Source: an uncultured Gammaproteobacteria bacterium
GTDB lineage: Bacteria > Patescibacteriota > Microgenomatia > UBA1406 > HO2-37-13b
Assembly (NCBI GenBank): GCA_964556475.1
Contig: CAZKVU010000005.1
Coordinates: forward strand, 1 to 59,719
Length of the DNA stretch: 59,719 nucleotides
Direction: 5' to 3'
Part shown: piece by piece, positions 1 to 8,322 of the stretch
Layout: the number at the start of each line of letters is the position of its first letter
Numbering within the stretch: the stretch's first letter is position 1
The notes under the pieces: model-generated
What the model saw: the letters and a program-made list of their open reading frames with translations, nothing else
Told to the model about the DNA's origin: nothing
The model's database searches: none
Position numbers and translations under genes: made by a program

Positions 1-327
1 TTTAATGTATTTGCACCCAATCACAAGGGAATGCCTGAGCTGGGCGATGATGTTAAGTTTTCATTTTTAGAACATCAGATTATTACAGCCCGCAATATTC
101 CGCATAACGATTTTGTTGATTTTGTTTACTTGGGTCTGAATTTACAGATTGAACATCATCTTTTTCCTAATTCACCGCGGAATAATCTCTATAAGATTGC
201 AAAATATGTGAAGAAATTCTGTCGGGAACACAAATTAGACTACACGGAAACAGGTGTTATAGAGTCTAATCTCATTATCTTTAATGAAATGAGGAAAATA
301 TCAGAAGAATACGCACGAATGTATTAA
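1..327 (+). CDS. Fatty acid desaturase family protein, C-terminal fragment (5' end upstream of window)
   Basis: Frame 1 is open from base 1 (FNVFAPNHKGMPEL...). The third histidine box QIEHHLFP is typical of membrane desaturases. TAA stop at 325-327. Confidence 0.7.
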   Translation, partial: FNVFAPNHKGMPELGDDVKFSFLEHQIITARNIPHNDFVDFVYLGLNLQIEHHLFPNSPRNNLYKIAKYVKKFCREHKLDYTETGVIESNLIIFNEMRKISEEYARMY

Positions 328-345
328 TCTGAGATGATTCATGAT

Positions 346-717
346 TTACTGACGCATTTGCTGTTGTGGTGTTCCATGCCACCCTGTCTGAATCGTTGTA
401 CATACAAAGTTGATACATTTTTCCTCATAACAATTTGACGGTTCTGAATCGGTACACCATGACCCTCCACAATCTTTGTCAGTAGAACAACCCGCTGGCT
501 GTTGTGTGTACTGTGTGATTGGCGGGTATGTTGTGGTGATTGGCGATATTACTTGTGGGGTAGGAGTTTGTATGAGTGTTATTTCGACAGATGGAAAAGG
601 TTGGGTTGCTCGGGATTGCTCTAATTCTGATTTAACAGATCTAATCTCCCGAATAGCAACAATGAGCAGAATAATGATCAATGCGAGGATAATTTCAACC
701 AGTATTTCACGCTTCAT
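346..717 (-). CDS. Hypothetical membrane-anchored protein with Pro/Thr/Gln linker and C-terminal 6-Cys module
   Basis: 123-aa ORF with an N-terminal TM (ILVEIILALIIILLIVAI). C-terminal CSTDKDCGGSWCTDSEPSNCYEEKCINFVC. No family recognised. Confidence 0.5.
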   Translation of the reverse strand: MKREILVEIILALIIILLIVAIREIRSVKSELEQSRATQPFPSVEITLIQTPTPQVISPITTTYPPITQYTQQPAGCSTDKDCGGSWCTDSEPSNCYEEKCINFVCTTIQTGWHGTPQQQMRQ

Positions 718-732
718 TACTGCTATTATACT

Positions 733-1797
733 ATGGTGATGTTGAACAAAAAACGTACACCCTTAATATTCTTTGTCATCTGTATCATTGCAGTTTTTTT
801 TGCTGGTACTTATATTCTTCGTACTAAAAATCAATCAGTAACGATGCAGGTTTCTCAATTTTTAAATCGTACACCTGAAACACTATCACAGACACCGCAA
901 CCATTTGAAGACATAACTATCCCTTATTTACAATCGCGAACATATTCAAGCTCCCTCGGTGAAAGAACAATCCTTGCAACTCATTCTGCATATACTTCTT
1001 ATCTCACTCACTATCTCTCGGATGGCTACACAATAAATGCTTTGCTCACTATTCCTAAAGGTGAAACTCCGCAAGGAGGATGGCCTGCAATTGTGTTTAT
1101 TCATGGTTATATCCCTCCAACACTATATCAAACCCAAGAGAGATACGTGGACTATATTGATTATCTTTCGCGGAATGGGTTTGTTGTTTTGAAGATTGAT
1201 CTAAGAGGACACGGTGATTCAGAGGGTGAAGCAAGCGGTGCATATTATTCTGGTGATTACATAGTTGATACTTTGAACGCATACTCAGCATTACAATCTG
1301 CTGATTTCATCAATAAAAATAGAATAGGATTGTGGGGACATAGTATGGCAGGAAATGTTGTATTGAGAAGTTTAGCAGCTCAAAAAAATGTTCCCGCTGC
1401 CGCTATATGGGCTGGAGCAGTCTACACTTATTCTGACCTGCAGGAGTATAGAATTAATGATAATAGTTATCGTCCCCCGTCCTCAGATAGTAATAGACAA
1501 CGAAGAAGGCAGGAATTGTTCAATACATATGGTGAATTCAGTATATCAAGTGATTTCTGGGAGCGTGTACCTGCAACAAACTATCTTCAGGATTTTCAAA
1601 CTGTTGTACAAATTCATCATGCGGTCGATGATGATGTAGTTTCAATCAAGTATAGCCGAAACCTTGCTGATATATTAAGAAAAGCAGGGAAAAATTATGA
1701 ATTGTATGAATATACATCAGGAGGGCATAATATTTCTGGAACAAATTTTGCTGTTGCAATGCAACGAACTATCTCTTTCTTTCAGAAAAATTTGTGA
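733..1797 (+). CDS. Alpha/beta hydrolase (S9 peptidase / dienelactone hydrolase-like), N-terminal membrane anchor
   Basis: 354-aa ORF with nucleophile elbow GHSMAG, a late acidic/His region (HHAVDDDVV ... GGHN) and an N-terminal TM. Confidence 0.7.
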   Translation: MVMLNKKRTPLIFFVICIIAVFFAGTYILRTKNQSVTMQVSQFLNRTPETLSQTPQPFEDITIPYLQSRTYSSSLGERTILATHSAYTSYLTHYLSDGYTINALLTIPKGETPQGGWPAIVFIHGYIPPTLYQTQERYVDYIDYLSRNGFVVLKIDLRGHGDSEGEASGAYYSGDYIVDTLNAYSALQSADFINKNRIGLWGHSMAGNVVLRSLAAQKNVPAAAIWAGAVYTYSDLQEYRINDNSYRPPSSDSNRQRRRQELFNTYGEFSISSDFWERVPATNYLQDFQTVVQIHHAVDDDVVSIKYSRNLADILRKAGKNYELYEYTSGGHNISGTNFAVAMQRTISFFQKNL

Positions 1798-1808
1798 GAA
1801 AATATGGT

Positions 1809-2360
1809 ATGTTAAAAAATATCAAAAATCTGAAGAGCATTAATCCGCGCTTTCTTGCTGTGACGTTCCTCTGCATTGGAGCATTCTTGGGCTTGATTGG
1901 ATATGAAATGGTTTATAAAGGGAAAAATGTTGAGGAAAAAGAGGTGCACTACCATGCCGGTTTTAAAGTGTATGTAGATGGAACGGAAGTAAATTTTTCA
2001 GATTTTAAATATATGAGTGTAAAGCCATGTACAACAGAAGAACATGACGATAATGACGATGACAATAAAATACATTTGCATGATGGGAACGGTCGTGTTG
2101 TTCATGTGCATGCAAATGGGTTCAAATGGGGCGACCTATTCAAGAGTTTGAATTATTCATTTGACTCAACAAAACACATAACAGGATACCTTAATGGCAA
2201 AGAAACATCTGATATACTTAACACACCAATTGCTGCATACGACAGTATTGTTGTTCTTGTTGGCGATGCTCCTCAAGATGTCGATCTCAGCAAGATGAGT
2301 GTTACCAAAGATGACATTATTAAAGCTGAAAAGCTTAGTGAATCATGCGGGAAACCGTAA
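1809..2360 (+). CDS. Hypothetical membrane-anchored protein, His/Asp-rich (HLHDGNGRVVHVHA)
   Basis: The ORF track starts at GTG 1794; the first ATG is at 1809. One TM (FLAVTFLCIGAFLGLIGY). No family recognised. Confidence 0.45.
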   Translation: MLKNIKNLKSINPRFLAVTFLCIGAFLGLIGYEMVYKGKNVEEKEVHYHAGFKVYVDGTEVNFSDFKYMSVKPCTTEEHDDNDDDNKIHLHDGNGRVVHVHANGFKWGDLFKSLNYSFDSTKHITGYLNGKETSDILNTPIAAYDSIVVLVGDAPQDVDLSKMSVTKDDIIKAEKLSESCGKP

Positions 2361-2375
2361 AATCAAAATCATACT

Positions 2376-3185
2376 ATGAGAAGTATTATTAATGAAGTTT
2401 TGGTTTGCAGACCAACTTTTTTTCAGATCGAGTACGTCATTAACCCGTGGATGAAAGACCAGAAAATTGATCAGGGTCTAGCGATGAAGCAATGGGAGGC
2501 TTTTTGTGATGCTTACAGCCAGCTTGGTATAAAAGTCCAGATTATTGATCAGGTAGAGGGACTGCCTGATATGGTATTTACCGCAGACCAGGCTGTCGTA
2601 AAAGACAATATAGCCTTGATGTCGAATTTCGCTGAATCTGAGAGAAAGGGTGAAGAGAATGTCTATAGACAATGGTTTAAAGACAGGGGATATGAACTCA
2701 AGTTTTTACCGGAGAAGCTTTCATTTGAAGGTAATGGGGAGCTTCATTTCTGGAATGATCGCTATTTTGTCGGAACTGGATTCAGAACTTCAGAAGAGTC
2801 GCGTCAGTATATTGAAGAAATATTAGGTCAGCCGGTTATCTCATTAAAACTTATTGATCCTTATTTTTATCATCTTGATACATGTTTGCTGCCTTTAGAT
2901 TCTGAGACAGTTTTTTACTATCCACCTGCATTTGATACACACTCACAACAGGTGCTTAAAAAAACAGTTCCCAATTTAGTTGAATTCAGCAGGGAAGATT
3001 TGGATTATTTCACTGCGAATAGTGTTGTTCATGGTTCTACAATTCTTTGCCAAAAGGCTTTGCCTGAATTCAGAAAAAAAGTTGAAGACATGGGTTTTAG
3101 TATTATTGAGCTCGATGTCAGTGAATTCAACAAGTCGGGTGGTGGTATTCATTGTCTTACCAATATTCTTGCTACGCAATCATAA
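2376..3185 (+). CDS. Amidinotransferase / dimethylarginine dimethylaminohydrolase-superfamily enzyme
   Basis: 269 aa. The C-terminal SGGGIHCLT (catalytic Cys context) and the HLDT motif are typical of guanidino-group-modifying enzymes. Confidence 0.6.
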   Translation: MRSIINEVLVCRPTFFQIEYVINPWMKDQKIDQGLAMKQWEAFCDAYSQLGIKVQIIDQVEGLPDMVFTADQAVVKDNIALMSNFAESERKGEENVYRQWFKDRGYELKFLPEKLSFEGNGELHFWNDRYFVGTGFRTSEESRQYIEEILGQPVISLKLIDPYFYHLDTCLLPLDSETVFYYPPAFDTHSQQVLKKTVPNLVEFSREDLDYFTANSVVHGSTILCQKALPEFRKKVEDMGFSIIELDVSEFNKSGGGIHCLTNILATQS

Positions 3186-3203
3186 ATTGGCCTTCTCTTT
3201 ATT

Positions 3204-3557
3204 ATGAGAATCTGGGATATACAACCACGGAAGTTATGTCGTCAACATTTGTTAGGAGAACATAGAGAATTGCACGCTCTTTGGGCAATACTCACTGAAA
3301 AAAAATTAGGGTACTCAAAACATCCTGAGACTTTGAGATGGAAAGGAAAGCTGGCAGCACTCTATAATAGACATGATGATTTAGTTGATGAAATGCAACG
3401 GAGGGGATATTCACATAAAACACCTCTCGATAAAAGCAAAGCGGTCGGTAGTTCCATCCAGAAAGTTTTTCTCCATACATTAGTAGAACAGAAGCATATT
3501 CTTGCTGAAAAAGGGTGTTCATGCTTCTCTGTCCACCCACAAAAGAATAACTCATAA
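3204..3557 (+). CDS. Pyrimidine dimer DNA glycosylase (DenV / endonuclease V-like)
   Basis: 117 aa. The N-terminus MRIWDIQPRKLCRQHLLGEHRELHA matches the Pyr_excise family signature as I recall it. Confidence 0.65.
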   Translation: MRIWDIQPRKLCRQHLLGEHRELHALWAILTEKKLGYSKHPETLRWKGKLAALYNRHDDLVDEMQRRGYSHKTPLDKSKAVGSSIQKVFLHTLVEQKHILAEKGCSCFSVHPQKNNS

Positions 3558-3636
3558 AATAAGCAATTATCTTCTTTTAATTGAATTCATTTTTTGCTAT
3601 AGTGTTTGTGGTTATACATTTACGCACAAAAATACT

Positions 3637-3714
3637 ATGTGTCACGTGGTCAAACCTTGTTGGTGGCAATGGATGTGGAGCTGCTTCTGTGGCGGCTGGT
3701 CATGGTGGTATTAA
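3637..3714 (+). CDS. Candidate Trp/Cys-rich micropeptide MCHVVKPCWWQWMWSCFCGGWSWWY (may start at 3502 as a 70-aa precursor)
   Basis: I translated it by hand: 7 Trp and 4 Cys in 25 codons, TAA at 3712-3714. A 15-bp perfect hairpin lies 20 nt downstream. Confidence 0.3.
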   Translation: MCHVVKPCWWQWMWSCFCGGWSWWY

Positions 3715-3734
3715 ACCGCTAAATTGACTCTATG

Positions 3735-3775
3735 GCAGTTCGCTTACTTTCTGCTCTTTGAAGTAAGCGAACTGC
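3735..3775 (+). terminator. Strong stem-loop (15-bp perfect stem, 11-nt loop), possible terminator
   Basis: GCAGTTCGCTTACTT (3735-3749) pairs with AAGTAAGCGAACTGC (3761-3775). The T-rich tract (gttttcttc) comes only about 11 nt later, so this is not a textbook intrinsic terminator. Confidence 0.45.
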
Positions 3776-3820
3776 TATGCCTTAAGTTTTCTTCACTTTT
3801 CATATATACTTCATTCAATT

Positions 3821-5116
3821 ATGAGTGATGATCTTGATCAATTCTCCATATTCACAGCTGCACAGCCTGACGAACCCGTCTTTTCAGTCAGTGAATTTAA
3901 CGAACTCATTTATCGACACCTCCAGTTACTTGGAGATGTTGTTGTAGAAGGAGAAATCAGTGAAATAAAAGTTAGTCAAAATAAGTGGTTGTCGCTGACG
4001 ATTAAGGATGAATCCGCGAGTCTGCCAATATTTGGAATGATTTTCAAAATTTCAGGATGGAGAGCTCTTGAGGAAGGTATGCGCGTTCGAATTTATGGCT
4101 CACCACGTTTATATCAGAAAACAGGCAGATTTAGTTTGTGGGCTAATGATATTATTCCGGCTGGTGAAGGTGCTCTCAGTATTGCATTTCAAAAACTTAA
4201 AGCTCAACTTGAAAAAGAGGGGTTATTTGATATTGCAAGAAAGCGCACGATTACAGCATTTCCGGAGCGTATAGGTTTAATTACTGCAAAAAATTCTCAA
4301 GCCTACAATGATTTTGTAAAAATTTTAAAGCAACGCATGGGAGGAATAAAGATTTTCTTTTATCCTGTTCAGGTGCAAGGAATTGATTCAGCTCGATCAG
4401 TGTGTTCAGCTTTTGAATATTTTAATTCGCATGATCATAATCTTGATGCCATTGTTTTAACCCGTGGCGGAGGATCCCTTGAAGATCTGCAATCGTTTAA
4501 TGACGAAAATGTTGTTCGAGCTATTTTTTCAGCACGGACGCCGGTTGTCTGTGGGGTAGGTCATGAGGGCGATATAACTCTCTCTGACTTGGTCGCTGAT
4601 ATTCGTGCTTCGACTCCTTCGAATGCAGCAGAGTTGCTTGTTAGGGAGAAGCGTTTTGTCTTAAGTGATGTAAATTACATGACTCAATCTATCCTCAAGA
4701 CATTCAACGAAGAATTACTTGGAAAAAAATCGCGTATGTTTCATGTCCTGAATGTGTTGTCTGGTATTACTCATACCCATCGTGCTTTATTACATCGAGT
4801 TATGCAGGACTTTCTTCATAGTGTTTCATTTTTTTCACATAGAGTTCGGATGCGTGATGAATTTGTAGATGAATCGCTTCATAAGGCAGTGAATGGTGTG
4901 CATCGTATTTATGAAAAGGAACGTGAGCATTTTAATACAACAGTCCGTTTATTGAATTCACTTGATTATACCAATGTCCTGAAGCGAGGCTATTCTATTA
5001 CTAAAACAAAAAATGGATCAATATTAAGATCAACGTCTTCAATATCAGCTGGAGAAGTTATATCAACACAGTTGGCACATGGTACAATTGAATCCACAAT
5101 CACAAATTATGACTAA
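3821..5116 (+). CDS. xseA: Exodeoxyribonuclease VII large subunit
   Basis: 431 aa with an N-terminal OB-fold region and TRGGGSLEDLQSFNDE. The small-subunit gene overlaps its 3' end. Confidence 0.85.
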   Translation: MSDDLDQFSIFTAAQPDEPVFSVSEFNELIYRHLQLLGDVVVEGEISEIKVSQNKWLSLTIKDESASLPIFGMIFKISGWRALEEGMRVRIYGSPRLYQKTGRFSLWANDIIPAGEGALSIAFQKLKAQLEKEGLFDIARKRTITAFPERIGLITAKNSQAYNDFVKILKQRMGGIKIFFYPVQVQGIDSARSVCSAFEYFNSHDHNLDAIVLTRGGGSLEDLQSFNDENVVRAIFSARTPVVCGVGHEGDITLSDLVADIRASTPSNAAELLVREKRFVLSDVNYMTQSILKTFNEELLGKKSRMFHVLNVLSGITHTHRALLHRVMQDFLHSVSFFSHRVRMRDEFVDESLHKAVNGVHRIYEKEREHFNTTVRLLNSLDYTNVLKRGYSITKTKNGSILRSTSSISAGEVISTQLAHGTIESTITNYD

Positions 5117-5360
5117 GACAGATAACGATGTAACTCTGGGACAAGCCTTCGAAGAGCTCGAAAAAATTTCAAGCCAGCTTGAGCGTGGAGATATTGATTT
5201 GGAAAAAAGCATTCCTCAACTTCGTCGTTCATTTGAGTTAGCCAAATTTATTAAAAAACGTCTTGCTGAAATCGAAAATGAGATAGAAGAAGTGAAATCC
5301 GAGTTTAAAGACGTGATACAGAATGATTCTCCTAATGACAATAGCGAAGAAGATGAATAA
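5109..5360 (+). CDS. xseB: Exodeoxyribonuclease VII small subunit
   Basis: ATG at 5109 overlaps the xseA stop (ATGACTAA). FEELEKISSQLERGDIDLEKS is the typical XseB helix motif. Confidence 0.8.
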   Translation: MTKTDNDVTLGQAFEELEKISSQLERGDIDLEKSIPQLRRSFELAKFIKKRLAEIENEIEEVKSEFKDVIQNDSPNDNSEEDE

Positions 5361-5413
5361 AAATCACTGATCTTTCTTCATTCTTCGACTAATCTCATAG
5401 TAACTTTCTATAA

Positions 5414-5442
5414 TTTACTTTTTTTCTCAAAAGTGCTATAAT
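5414..5442 (+). promoter_or_regulatory. Putative sigma70-type promoter (TTTACT-17 nt-TGcTATAAT)
   Basis: Extended -10 TGcTATAAT at 5434-5442 and a -35-like TTTACT at 5414-5419, upstream of the fasciclin gene. Confidence 0.3.
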
Positions 5443-5490
5443 ACAAGCCTAAATCACTTTTAATTAAAATATAAGTGATTGCCTATAATT

Positions 5491-6135
5491 ATGTTTGAAG
5501 ACAGAGATAGACTTGCACCAATTTTACTTAGCATGTTTCTAGGCTTACTCGCCGTAGCTTTAATCGGTGGGTTTTTACTCAATTCAGCTAAAAATAAACT
5601 CAGTAAATCTAATCAGCCTACTGTTACTATCACTAAAAATGAGAAGCAGCCTTCTGACTCAAAAAATTTCTGGGATAGCATTAAGGAAAAATTATTCAAG
5701 AAGAAACCTGAGTCAACAAAAGCTGATTCTGCAAAATCATCTGTCACTCCACAAAATGATAATACAGCAGGCGCTTCATCTGTTCCTGAGAGCGAGACCC
5801 AAACATATATCAGCTATGTTAACAAGAGTAACCTAACTGAATTACATGAAGAAAAAGGTGAATCATTTACCTTATTGATTCCAACAAATAAAGCGTTTGA
5901 TAATGCTCGTGCAGCATTACAGCAGCTTGAAGATAAAAATGATCAAACTGCTCTGCAGTTACTTATGAAAAGACATTTAATTAGAGGAAAGGTTTTAGGA
6001 GGCACAGCACGAACATTAAGTAATGAAGATGTATTTATTGACTTCGATCAAAGAACAGTAAGCTTTGATGGCATTATAACACGCATTATTGAAGTAAGAG
6101 GAGATTCGATTATTATCGATAAGGTTTTATATTAA
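5491..6135 (+). CDS. Fasciclin (FAS1) domain protein, membrane-anchored
   Basis: The ORF track starts at TTG 5479; the first ATG is at 5491. It has a TM anchor, a low-complexity linker and FAS1-like TLLIPTNKAFDNA. Confidence 0.55.
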   Translation: MFEDRDRLAPILLSMFLGLLAVALIGGFLLNSAKNKLSKSNQPTVTITKNEKQPSDSKNFWDSIKEKLFKKKPESTKADSAKSSVTPQNDNTAGASSVPESETQTYISYVNKSNLTELHEEKGESFTLLIPTNKAFDNARAALQQLEDKNDQTALQLLMKRHLIRGKVLGGTARTLSNEDVFIDFDQRTVSFDGIITRIIEVRGDSIIIDKVLY

Positions 6136-6142
6136 TAGATCC

Positions 6143-6757
6143 TTACGACATTCCATTCTTGAAATTTTCAACGTCAATAACACCGCTTTGACGTACTTGA
6201 ACAAGAGCTTGTGAGTACTCCCTAAGAATTTTGAGAGAATACGTTATTCTGCTTCTATAGAATTGATCTTCTTTGCTATTCATATCAGGCTCATCCGAAT
6301 TGAGCACTTCCTCACATTTTCTAATAATTACATGCATCGGAATGTAATTGATGAATGAATTTTTGTATGTTGACAAACGAAGTTCCTGAACAGGAAATGC
6401 ACCGCCTCTACCAGAGGATACAGTGATGATCAAAGCCGGTTTATGCGCAAGGTCAGTGTGATTAGCGAGTAAAAAGATATTTTTCAGACCTGCTGGAACC
6501 ATGCCATTCCATTCTGGCGAGACAATCACAAATGCATCTGAAGACTCGAGCTGTTCATGATATGGCTGCCAGACATTAACCATCTCCTCATCGTGTTTCC
6601 ATTTTTCTTTATAAAATGGGATTGGATTGCCTGCTAAATCCAAAATATACGTTGAATCAAAGAGTTTCGTGTGTTCAATTTCTCTTTGGATATAGTGGGC
6701 TATTTTACTGGACTGTGATTGATGTCGGTGACTGCCGGAAATGATGGTGAGCTTCAT
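6143..6757 (-). CDS. NAD(P)H-dependent FMN reductase family oxidoreductase
   Basis: MKLTIISGSHR start at internal Met 33 (CAT at 6755-6757), with a flavodoxin-like fold motif SPEWNG. The longer 6853 start would overlap the divergent gene. Confidence 0.7.
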   Translation of the reverse strand: MKLTIISGSHRHQSQSSKIAHYIQREIEHTKLFDSTYILDLAGNPIPFYKEKWKHDEEMVNVWQPYHEQLESSDAFVIVSPEWNGMVPAGLKNIFLLANHTDLAHKPALIITVSSGRGGAFPVQELRLSTYKNSFINYIPMHVIIRKCEEVLNSDEPDMNSKEDQFYRSRITYSLKILREYSQALVQVRQSGVIDVENFKNGMS

Positions 6758-6774
6758 ATGATATAGTATAGACC

Positions 6775-7491
6775 ATGAACAGAGCTCATATGACTGCAGA
6801 CGATGTGAAAAAAGAACTCGTTGCGCGGGTTGAAGAAGGAAAGGGGCCAGCACTGCAGCGCTTTTTTAAAACCGGCAAAGGTCAATATGGTGAAGGAGAT
6901 GTATTTATTGGTGTTATGGTTCCCCAGCAGCGAGAGGTAGCACGAATGTTTCAGGATTTGGAAATCAATGAAGTAGAAAAATTACTTGAGAGCGAAGTCC
7001 ACGAACATCGATTAACTGCACTTTTTATTCTTGTGAAGCGCTATCAAAAGATAAAAAATCCCGGTGATAAGAAGGAGCTGTTTGATTTTTACATTTCGCA
7101 TAGGAATCGTATTAATAACTGGGATCTTGTTGATTCTTCGGCGCGACAGGTCGTCGGTGAATATCTTAATGATAAAGATAAAAAAATTCTTTATGCGTTT
7201 GCCCGCACAGGTAATTTATGGGAAAGGCGTATTGCAATCATTTCAACAAATTATTTTATTACGCGAAGAAATTTTGAAGACACCATGAAAATTGCGGAAA
7301 TATTAATGAACGACAAGGAAGACCTAATCCATAAGGCAGTTGGATGGATGCTGCGTGAAGTAGGAAATGTTGATCAAAAAGTTGAAGAGCAATTTTTAAA
7401 AAAACACTATAAAAATATGCCCAGAACCATGCTTCGATATGCTATCGAAAAGTTTTCTCCCGAACTGAAGGCGTTGTATATGAGCAAATAG
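6775..7491 (+). CDS. DNA alkylation repair protein (AlkD-like HEAT-repeat glycosylase family)
   Basis: 238 aa. LQRFFKTGKGQYGEGDVFIGV and WMLREVG are motifs characteristic of the DNA_alkylation family. Confidence 0.7.
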   Translation: MNRAHMTADDVKKELVARVEEGKGPALQRFFKTGKGQYGEGDVFIGVMVPQQREVARMFQDLEINEVEKLLESEVHEHRLTALFILVKRYQKIKNPGDKKELFDFYISHRNRINNWDLVDSSARQVVGEYLNDKDKKILYAFARTGNLWERRIAIISTNYFITRRNFEDTMKIAEILMNDKEDLIHKAVGWMLREVGNVDQKVEEQFLKKHYKNMPRTMLRYAIEKFSPELKALYMSK

Positions 7492-7500
7492 CATGTACTA

Positions 7501-8307
7501 TCAACGAACTTCTACAAGATGAGCTGCAACGACGAGTCTATTAGAGTAGTTTTTATTGAGTACATTCCAGACGCCGTCGCAGGTAAGTAATTTTAATTGT
7601 TGTCCATCAAGGTCTTCATACAGCAGATCATGAGGAAACGCTTCGAGCGGGTGGCTAAATACATCGTCAACATTAAAAATGTAATTTTTACCGTCGGCTG
7701 CTGTTATTATTATTTGATCACCGCCTGTAAGTTTTTTTAGATTATAAAATGCTGCAGGTCGACCGGAAGCGTCGTCGTAATGGCCATTAAGAATTGCAGA
7801 AACATCTTCTCCGGGTTTTCCGCTTGGATAGTACCAACCAACCGAAGCAAAATCATGAGGAATTTCCATGGCGTTTTCTTCTGTAAGTCCGACACGAACA
7901 ATTTGAGCAGATACTGCAATGCTGGGTATTTCTATGGAGACAGGATCTGCAATCGGAATCGGTGTTGCTGTGGGTGCTGGAGTTGATGTCGGTGAAGCGA
8001 TCGGGCGTGTATTTTCAACAGACTCTTCTGCAAATACGCCAGCTATATGAGGTTCTGATTCTGCAAACGGGTTTTTGAATGTTAATTTAGGTAACTGAGG
8101 CGTCTTAAAATTAATAGATGGTGCCTGAAAGTGCGGCACAGAAACAGTAGGTTCGTTTCGATCAACTGTTATCGTATGTATTGGTGCGTCGGGTAGTTTT
8201 GGCAGGTGTGCTGATGGGAAAATCAATGCCACAATAATCGCAAAGCCAACAATCGCCGTATTTATTGCAATTAATCGATCAAAGAACTTCATATACTCAG
8301 TATACAA
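7501..8307 (-). CDS. Sortase family transpeptidase (class E/F-like), N-terminal TM
   Basis: 268 aa with His motif ILNGHYDD, catalytic LLTCDG and a C-terminal Arg (NRLVV). Confidence 0.7.
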   Translation of the reverse strand: MYTEYMKFFDRLIAINTAIVGFAIIVALIFPSAHLPKLPDAPIHTITVDRNEPTVSVPHFQAPSINFKTPQLPKLTFKNPFAESEPHIAGVFAEESVENTRPIASPTSTPAPTATPIPIADPVSIEIPSIAVSAQIVRVGLTEENAMEIPHDFASVGWYYPSGKPGEDVSAILNGHYDDASGRPAAFYNLKKLTGGDQIIITAADGKNYIFNVDDVFSHPLEAFPHDLLYEDLDGQQLKLLTCDGVWNVLNKNYSNRLVVAAHLVEVR

Positions 8308-8322
8308 AGTTTCATTCGAAAA

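Noticed and set aside
476-739. 87-aa plus-strand ORF overlapping the 346-717 minus-strand ORF
   Set aside because: Only one of the two can be real. The minus-strand product has a clean TM anchor, a stalk and a 6-Cys module shared with another protein. The plus-strand product looks like a Cys/Val/Gly mirror artefact.
6758-6853. N-terminal extension of the FMN reductase ORF. The same issue applies to 40916-41011 for the GT4 gene, 26169-26240 for msrB and 31746-31805 for the DUF35 gene.
   Set aside because: The conserved family N-termini begin at the internal Met codons. The extensions overlap neighbouring genes and contain no recognisable sequence.
7501-8307. Sortase substrate (LPXTG/LAXTG protein) in the window
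   Set aside because: I scanned the C-termini of the secreted and anchored proteins and found no LPxTG-like motif followed by a TM and a basic tail. Substrates are presumably encoded elsewhere.
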